Assembly (NCBI GenBank): GCA_963833215.1 | Contig: CAWHXE010000018.1 | Location: forward strand, 170,970-234,969 | Length of the DNA: 64,000 nucleotides | Origin: an uncultured Cytophagales bacterium | GTDB taxonomy: Bacteria > Bacteroidota > Bacteroidia > Cytophagales > Cyclobacteriaceae | Direction of reading: 5' to 3' | Shown here: in pieces, positions 63,042 through 64,000 of the stretch | Layout of the letters: each line of letters starts with the position of its first letter | Position numbering within the stretch: the first letter of the stretch is position 1 | Program-made: the position numbers and the translations under genes | Notes under the pieces: generated by a model | Seen by the model: the letters and a program-made list of their open reading frames with translations, nothing else | The model's database searches: none | Told to the model about the DNA's origin: nothing

Positions 63042-64000
63042 CTACTTCCCCCTACTTTCCACCACCTCCAGATACGCTTCCAGAAACCGCTCATCATTCT
63101 CATCACTGTCGCCGTACTCCGACCGTAGCTCGGTGAGGCGCTGGTGCATTTGCTCCTGTACGTCGGCGTAGGTCGGATCATCGTACACGCTGTTCATCTC
63201 GTTAGGATCTTTCTCCAGGTCGTAGAGCTCCCACTCATCGATGTCGTAGTAGAAGTGGATGAGCTTGTAGCGGTCGGTGGCCACGCCGTAGTGTCGCTTC
63301 ACCATGTGCACCGAAGGGTACTCGTAGTAGGTGTAGTACACCGCGTCGCGCCACTGCTCGGTTTCGCCGCTCACCAACTGACGGAACGACTTACCCTGCA
63401 TCTCCGGGGGAACGGCCACGCCCGCGTAGTCCAGCAGGGTGGGCGCTAAGTCCAGGTTTTGAACCAGCTTACCAATTTCTGTACCCGCCGCCACTTCCTT
63501 TGGGTAGCGCACCAGCAGCGGAGTGCGGAACGACTGCTCGTACATAAAACGCTTGTCGAACCAGCCGTGCTCACCCAGATAGAAGCCCTGGTCGGAAGTA
63601 TACACCACAATGGTATTGTCGGCCAACCCGTTCTCCTCCAGGTAATCCAGCACCTCTCCTACCCCATCGTCTACCGACTTAATGGTGCGCAAATAGTCCT
63701 TAATGTAGCGGTTGTACTTCCACAACGCCACTTCCTTGGCATTGTCTCCGGCAAAATCCAGTTCACCGTTCTGAGCGTACGCTTTTTTGAAGGCTTCGTT
63801 TTTCGGGTCGTAGGCGGCCTTCCACTGTGCCAGTTGCTCCGGGGTGAAACGGGCCAACTCTTTATCGAAGCCGGTACTGTCGCCGTTGGGGTCCACCACC
63901 ATCTTGAAGTCGTGACCCCAGCGGGCGTGTCCGTCGATTTCCATCTCCTGCTCCTTGGCCGCGGTGCCCCGACCGGCATAGTTGGTGGCATCATCGAAAT
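63042..64000 (-). CDS. Sulfatase (arylsulfatase / N-acetylgalactosamine-6-sulfatase-like), C-terminal part; the gene continues beyond the right edge
   Basis: Sulfatase C-terminal motifs (VVYTSDQGFYLGEHGWFDKRFMYE...). The reading frame stays open upstream of the listed ATG to position 64000. Confidence 0.75.
   Translation of the reverse strand, partial: FDDATNYAGRGTAAKEQEMEIDGHARWGHDFKMVVDPNGDSTGFDKELARFTPEQLAQWKAAYDPKNEAFKKAYAQNGELDFAGDNAKEVALWKYNRYIKDYLRTIKSVDDGVGEVLDYLEENGLADNTIVVYTSDQGFYLGEHGWFDKRFMYEQSFRTPLLVRYPKEVAAGTEIGKLVQNLDLAPTLLDYAGVAVPPEMQGKSFRQLVSGETEQWRDAVYYTYYEYPSVHMVKRHYGVATDRYKLIHFYYDIDEWELYDLEKDPNEMNSVYDDPTYADVQEQMHQRLTELRSEYGDSDENDERFLEAYLEVVESRGK

Overview
The window is a 64-kb chromosomal segment of a high-GC (roughly 55-60% by eye) Bacteroidota genome, probably Cytophagia/Hymenobacter-like, inferred from the gene set.

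Left end: an ECF sigma / FecR anti-sigma / STN-domain SusC-like receptor module (1-2038) sits next to a ~1,800-aa secreted GH9 cellulase with Big_2 domains, three copies of an unassigned ~150-aa beta-sandwich domain and a T9SS C-terminal sorting domain. Further right are an AEC transporter, a Tat-signal aminotransferase and a SusC/SusD pair.

Middle: two-component kinases, a murF-alr fusion, DUF4097, App1-like and XRE/S24-repressor genes.

Main candidate (29557-38735): a co-directional, tightly spaced cluster of PspA/IM30, a YqiJ/NfeD-like membrane protein, a flotillin (SPFH), a small PD-(D/E)xK nuclease-fold protein and a giant ~1,620-aa protein ending in an AAA+ (MoxR/AAA_5-like) ATPase domain. 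It is flanked by a divergent XRE/S24 repressor and a G-quadruplex-prone AC/GT-skewed tract. I rate this the most interesting, probably uncharacterised, membrane-associated system in the window; it could be a stress-response or an anti-phage module.

Right of it, two AT-rich islands flank dnaG: a HigA-like HTH + Fic + COG1373 ATPase island, and a second island with one hypothetical gene and an array of about ten ~22-bp-periodic palindromic (GAACC-N5-GGTTC) repeats. The right end is housekeeping: MFS transporter, ABC/FtsX pair, P-II-amt, M42 peptidase, hpt, adk, obg, grpE, dnaJ, SDRs, GMC oxidoreductase, psd and a partial sulfatase.

At least eleven single-base frameshifts, mostly in homopolymer runs, split otherwise intact genes: GH9 x3, SusC, DUF554, hybrid kinase, the giant ATPase x2, dnaG x2 and the M42 peptidase. 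They are probably sequencing indels rather than pseudogenisation. No rRNA, tRNA or CRISPR was found.
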